From Candidatus Omnitrophota bacterium (GTDB taxonomy: Bacteria; Omnitrophota; Gorgyraeia; Zapsychrales; Fredricksoniimonadaceae): 64,000 nucleotides of DNA. The notes beneath the pieces were generated by a model that worked only from the letters and a program-made list of their open reading frames with translations, did no database searches and was not told where the DNA came from. Shown here piece by piece: positions 59,926 through 64,000 of this stretch. The translations under genes were made by a program, and so were the position numbers. The stretch is from NCBI GenBank assembly GCA_028865345.1, contig JAGWKL010000007.1:6089-70088 (forward strand), read 5' to 3'. Each line of letters starts with the position of its first letter. Within the stretch, counting starts at the first letter, position 1.

Positions 59926-60957
59926 ATGAGCCATCCTTTTTCCTTGTCTAATGTCAAAAACATTATCGCCATTTCTTCCTGCAAAGGCGGGGTGGGCAAG
60001 TCGACCATTGCCTCTGCCCTGGCCCTGGAGCTGGCTTCCCGCGGCTTGAAAACGGGCCTTTTGGACGCGGACATCTATGGCCCGTCCCTGCCTTCCTTTT
60101 TCCAATTGCACGAGGCCAAGGTGCAGGCCAATGAATTCAAGCTGCTGGTGCCCGTGGAACACCAGGGGCTCAAACTTATGTCCTTCGGGTTTCTGTTGGG
60201 AGATGCGCCGGCCGTGATGCGCGGGCCCATTGTCACGCGCTATATCCAGCAGCTGCTTTTTCAGACGGATTGGGGCCGGCTGGATTTTTTGGTGCTGGAC
60301 ATGCCGCCCGGCACCGGGGACGTCCAGTTGACGATCACCCAGTCTGTCAAATTGACCGGTGCGGTCATCGTGACCACCCATCACAACCTTTCCCTGGTGG
60401 ACACGGCCCGAGGCATTCTGATGTTTGAAAAGGTCCAGGTGCCGATCTTGGGGGTCGTCGAGAACATGGCGTATTTTACTTGCCCCGACACTGGGAAAAA
60501 ATACTATATTTTCGGAGAGCAAAAAGCCGGGGCCTTGTCCAAGCGTTTTGGGGTCAAGACCCTCGTGGAGATCCCCATCCTGGAGGCCATGTCAGGCGAC
60601 ATGGCTGCCTTCAAGCCCAATGAATATATCAGAAAGGCGGCAGACGGATTGCTGCAGGCTGTCGATAATATGCAGTCGTTCCAGACAGAGTTAAAGGACG
60701 CCGGTTTTCGCGACGGCCGGGTGGTGCTGGTATTCAGCGACGGCAGGGAACTGTCGGCCGACGCCTTCGACCTGCGCGCCAACTGCCAGTGCGCGGTGTG
60801 CGTCTCGGAAACCACCGGCCAAAGGCTGACGGACGTCCAAAAGATCCCCCCGGACGTCAACCCTGCCGAGATCCTGCCCCTGGGCAATTACGCAGTCGGC
60901 ATCACCTGGAGCGACGGCCATTCCTCAGGGATTTATCCGTACCATCTTTTTAAGTAG
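59926..60957 (+). CDS. Mrp/ApbC Fe-S carrier ATPase with C-terminal DUF971-like domain
   Basis: SCKGGVGKST, DMPPGTGD, VENM; C-terminal LRANCQCAVC...GNYAVGITWSDGHSSGIY. Confidence 0.9.
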   Translation: MSHPFSLSNVKNIIAISSCKGGVGKSTIASALALELASRGLKTGLLDADIYGPSLPSFFQLHEAKVQANEFKLLVPVEHQGLKLMSFGFLLGDAPAVMRGPIVTRYIQQLLFQTDWGRLDFLVLDMPPGTGDVQLTITQSVKLTGAVIVTTHHNLSLVDTARGILMFEKVQVPILGVVENMAYFTCPDTGKKYYIFGEQKAGALSKRFGVKTLVEIPILEAMSGDMAAFKPNEYIRKAADGLLQAVDNMQSFQTELKDAGFRDGRVVLVFSDGRELSADAFDLRANCQCAVCVSETTGQRLTDVQKIPPDVNPAEILPLGNYAVGITWSDGHSSGIYPYHLFK

Positions 60958-61013
60958 TTTTTGCCGCTCGTAAATGGTAAAATCCAAACAAACTTAGAAA
61001 GGGAGGCGCAGCC

Positions 61014-61775
61014 ATGTTTTTTTCAATCCCCATCATTCTTGTCATCCTTTTTTTGTCCATCCGCATCGTCCAGCAGTATCAGACCGGAGTGGTGTTCCAA
61101 TTGGGCAGGTATTCCCGGACCCTGCAGCCGGGGTTGAATTTTATCATCCCGCTGATTGAGGATGCCAGGATCGTGGACATGAGGGTTTTGACCACGGACG
61201 TCCCCAAGCAGCAGGCGATCACCAAGGACAATGTGCCGGTATCCATCAACGGAGTCGTTTATTTTCAAGTGACCGACGCGATGTCGGCGGTCATCAAGGT
61301 TCAGAATTATCTTTACGCGGTCTCCCAGTATGCCCAGGCGGCCCTGCGTGACGTAGTGGGCGGCATGAGTTTTGACGACCTTTTGGCTGAGCGCCAGAAG
61401 ATCGGCGACGAGATCGAGAACATCATCCAAAAACAGGCCCAAAGCTGGGGGTTGTTGGTGTCGGCGATCAAGATTTTAGACATTGACGTGCCGCAGGAGT
61501 TGAAGGAAATGATGTCCAGGCAGGCTTCGGCGGAACGGGAGAAACGCGCCACGATCACCAAGGCCGAAGGCGACAAGATGGCCGCCATCAACCTGGCTGC
61601 CGCGGCCAAGACCATGGCCGAGTCTCCGGGCGCCATGCAGTTAAGAACCCTTCAGACCTTGGACAGTCTCGGGCCATCCCCCTCCAACACGGTTGTGGTT
61701 GCCGTTCCCGTGGATATTTTGACGTCCATCAAGGTGCTGGCGACCAAAATCAACAATGGCGAGCCCCTGTTATAG
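61014..61775 (+). CDS. SPFH/stomatin-like protein
   Basis: ITKDNV, ALRDVVG, QASAEREKRA, AMQLRTLQTL. Confidence 0.93.
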   Translation: MFFSIPIILVILFLSIRIVQQYQTGVVFQLGRYSRTLQPGLNFIIPLIEDARIVDMRVLTTDVPKQQAITKDNVPVSINGVVYFQVTDAMSAVIKVQNYLYAVSQYAQAALRDVVGGMSFDDLLAERQKIGDEIENIIQKQAQSWGLLVSAIKILDIDVPQELKEMMSRQASAEREKRATITKAEGDKMAAINLAAAAKTMAESPGAMQLRTLQTLDSLGPSPSNTVVVAVPVDILTSIKVLATKINNGEPLL

Positions 61776-61777
61776 AG

Positions 61778-62884
61778 ATGAAAAGGCCCAAGCACCTTAA
61801 AAATATTTTCATCTCGGCGATCCACCAAAACGCCGGCAAGACGACCGTGGCCCTGGGGCTTTTCAAGAATTTCCAGGAACGCAAGATCAAGACCGCTTTT
61901 ATGAAGCCGGTGGGCCAGGAGACCGTCACCTTTGAAGAAAAGCCCATCGACAAAGACACCTACCTGATCGGCGAGGTCTATCACTGCAAGAAGCATATCA
62001 AGGACATGAGTCCGATCACCGTCGGCCGTGGATATACGGAAAAATATATCCTCGAGCCTGAAAAACAACAATTGCAGGAAAAGATACTAAAGTCTTTTCA
62101 GACCATCACCCGCGGCAAGGATGCCATCATCGTGGAGGGTACCGGGCATGCGGGGGTGGGATCGGTCATCGATTGCTCGAACGCGGACGTGGCAGCCCTG
62201 CTGGGTGCTCGCGCGATCATTATCTCCGGCGGCGGCATCGGCCGCGCCATCGACGAAATTATGCTCAACAAAGCGCTGTTCGATCTGTGCAAGGTGCCTT
62301 TGGTGGGGGTCATCATCAACAAGGTGAGGCCCGAAAAACTGGAAAAGGTCAAGGCGATTGTGGGTAAGGGCTTGAGTCAAAAAGGCATCCGTCTCCTGGG
62401 TGTTATCCCGGAAAAAGAGCTGCTCAGCGCCCCGACTGTCGCGCAGGTCAAGGAAAGGCTTGACCTGAAAGTGTTTTCCGGTGAAGAGAATCTCAACAGC
62501 CGGGTCCATGACGCCATCGTCGCGGCCATGGAGCCGTACAACATGATCGGGCATTTGCGCGACGGCGCCTTGGTCATCACTTCAGGCGACCGCGTGGACA
62601 ACATGCTGGTGGCGGTTTCTTCCTATTTGCTGCAGGAGGGCCGGGCCGTCAAGGTGGCCGGCCTTATCCTGACCGGAGGACTGACCCCGGACCATAAAAT
62701 TGCAGGACTGCTCAAAGACAGCCGTATCCCGGTTTTGTATTGCGACCAGGATACCTACACCATTGCCGCAGCCATCGAGAACATGACGCCCAAGATCCAA
62801 AAAACCGACCGCGACAAGATCCTGGAGGCCAGGCGGGTGGTCAAGGACCATGTGAATGTGGATATGATCCTGGAGAATTCATAA
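61778..62884 (+). CDS. Pta N-terminal-like protein (BioD-like P-loop + DRTGG), no catalytic PTA domain
   Basis: NAGKTT, FMKPVG, IVEG, ITSGDR, LILTGG. Confidence 0.85.
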   Translation: MKRPKHLKNIFISAIHQNAGKTTVALGLFKNFQERKIKTAFMKPVGQETVTFEEKPIDKDTYLIGEVYHCKKHIKDMSPITVGRGYTEKYILEPEKQQLQEKILKSFQTITRGKDAIIVEGTGHAGVGSVIDCSNADVAALLGARAIIISGGGIGRAIDEIMLNKALFDLCKVPLVGVIINKVRPEKLEKVKAIVGKGLSQKGIRLLGVIPEKELLSAPTVAQVKERLDLKVFSGEENLNSRVHDAIVAAMEPYNMIGHLRDGALVITSGDRVDNMLVAVSSYLLQEGRAVKVAGLILTGGLTPDHKIAGLLKDSRIPVLYCDQDTYTIAAAIENMTPKIQKTDRDKILEARRVVKDHVNVDMILENS

Positions 62885-62973
62885 AGAGAGTTGACTATTT
62901 TTTGATCCTCGTTTAAAGTAATTGAGCTTGGGGACCTGTCTCCAGGCTCGGGGACTGATGAAAAGATACGGCT

Positions 62974-63327
62974 ATGTTAGAATATATCGCTGTCATATTT
63001 GCTTTTTTATTCGCCTTAGGTCTATCGGCCCTGCTGTTGACCCTGCCGAAATTTTTGGCCCCTAATCTTCCCAGCGACATCAAATCCAGGCCTTTTGAAT
63101 GCGGCAAGGAACCGTTTGCCCTGCCGGGCGGCAACATGCCGGTGCATTTTTATATTGTGGCCATGCTCTTTATTATTTTCGATGTCGAGATGGTTTTTCT
63201 TTTTCCCTGGGCTGTGCTGTTTAGGAAACTGGGTATCTTCGGCCTTGCGGAAATGGCGGTTTTTCTGGGATTTGTGGTTTTGGGTTTTCTTTACGTGTTG
63301 AAGAAGCGGGCCCTGGCATGGGAGTAA
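62974..63327 (+). CDS. nuoA: NADH-quinone oxidoreductase subunit A
   Basis: PFECG, FIIFDVE, FPWA. Confidence 0.95.
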   Translation: MLEYIAVIFAFLFALGLSALLLTLPKFLAPNLPSDIKSRPFECGKEPFALPGGNMPVHFYIVAMLFIIFDVEMVFLFPWAVLFRKLGIFGLAEMAVFLGFVVLGFLYVLKKRALAWE

Positions 63328-63331
63328 GCAT

Positions 63332-63898
63332 ATGTCTGCCTTAAATTCACCGACAGGTTTCATCACTTCAAGCTTCAAGCACGCCTTGGGCTGGGCGCGG
63401 AAATTTTCCATATTTCAATATCCGTTCGTGACGGCCTGTTGCGGCATGGAGTATATGGCCACCAACTGTGCCCATTATGACCAGGACCGGTTTGGCGCGG
63501 GTTTTCCCCGTTTTTCGCCCCGACAGTCGGACGTGCTTTTTGTGGTGGGCACCATCAGCCAAAAAATGGCGCCGGTCCTAAAAACGGTTTATGATCAGAT
63601 GTGCGAACCCAAATGGGTGGTGGCCTTCGGGGTGTGCACCTGCACCGGCGGTTTTTATGACAATTATGCAACGGTGATGGGGATCGATACCATCATTCCG
63701 GTCGATATTTATATCCCCGGCTGTCCGCCGCGTCCGGAAAATGTGCTGGACGGATTGATCAAGCTCCAGGAGAAGATCCAACGCGGCGAGCAATCGAGGA
63801 CATTGTATGACCCTCACACCAAAACCGGCCGGCCTGTGGAATTGCAGGGCGGCTATACCATCGAGGGGCATATCAAACATATAGAAGCCAAATCATGA
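63332..63898 (+). CDS. nuoB: NADH-quinone oxidoreductase subunit B
   Basis: TACCGME, SPRQSD, PGCPPRP. Confidence 0.96.
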   Translation: MSALNSPTGFITSSFKHALGWARKFSIFQYPFVTACCGMEYMATNCAHYDQDRFGAGFPRFSPRQSDVLFVVGTISQKMAPVLKTVYDQMCEPKWVVAFGVCTCTGGFYDNYATVMGIDTIIPVDIYIPGCPPRPENVLDGLIKLQEKIQRGEQSRTLYDPHTKTGRPVELQGGYTIEGHIKHIEAKS

Positions 63899-64000
63899 CG
63901 CCTTTAGCAAGAGTCCAGGAACGATTTTCCACGCAGATCATAGAGACGCACAGCTTTCGGGGGGATGAGACGGCGGTCATCCGTCCAGAGGCTCTGCGGC
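63895..64000 (+). CDS. nuoC: NADH-quinone oxidoreductase subunit C (or CD), 5' part
   Basis: ATGA overlap with nuoB; MTPLARVQERF...HSFRGDETAVI; operon order. Confidence 0.75.
   Translation, partial: MTPLARVQERFSTQIIETHSFRGDETAVIRPEALR

Overview
Bacterial chromosomal window spanning the replication origin. Genes left of about 30 kb are almost all on the minus strand and genes to the right almost all on the plus strand, with DnaA boxes on both sides of dnaA and a parS-like palindrome before parAB. The left 19 kb is an unusually elaborate Tad (type IVc) pilus locus. It carries a PPIase lipoprotein, CpaB, a CpaC/RcpA secretin fused to a TonB C-terminal-like domain, an 11-mer repeat protein, a CpaE-CpaF fusion, DUF192 and two HTH proteins. 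These are followed by an operon with a structured ~150-nt leader and at least 11 prepilin-like genes, including a duplicated A-B-C / A'-B'-C'-C'' pilin block and giant Cys-rich tip/adhesin candidates; the operon runs off the left edge. The rest is housekeeping: mdh, gyrAB, dnaAN, rpmH-yidD-yidC (no rnpA), parAB, ndk, gmk, rpoZ, thrS-infC-rpmI-rplT-pheST, 5 tRNAs, a 6S RNA candidate, rarA, rny, gltX, an ECF sigma module, sucCD and nuoABC. There is also a small sugar-modification cassette and a family of intergenic GGRGACAC...GTGTCYCC palindromes. The gene content is reminiscent of Candidatus Omnitrophota (PVC group), but that is inference only. All family assignments come from motif recognition by eye; no searches were run.
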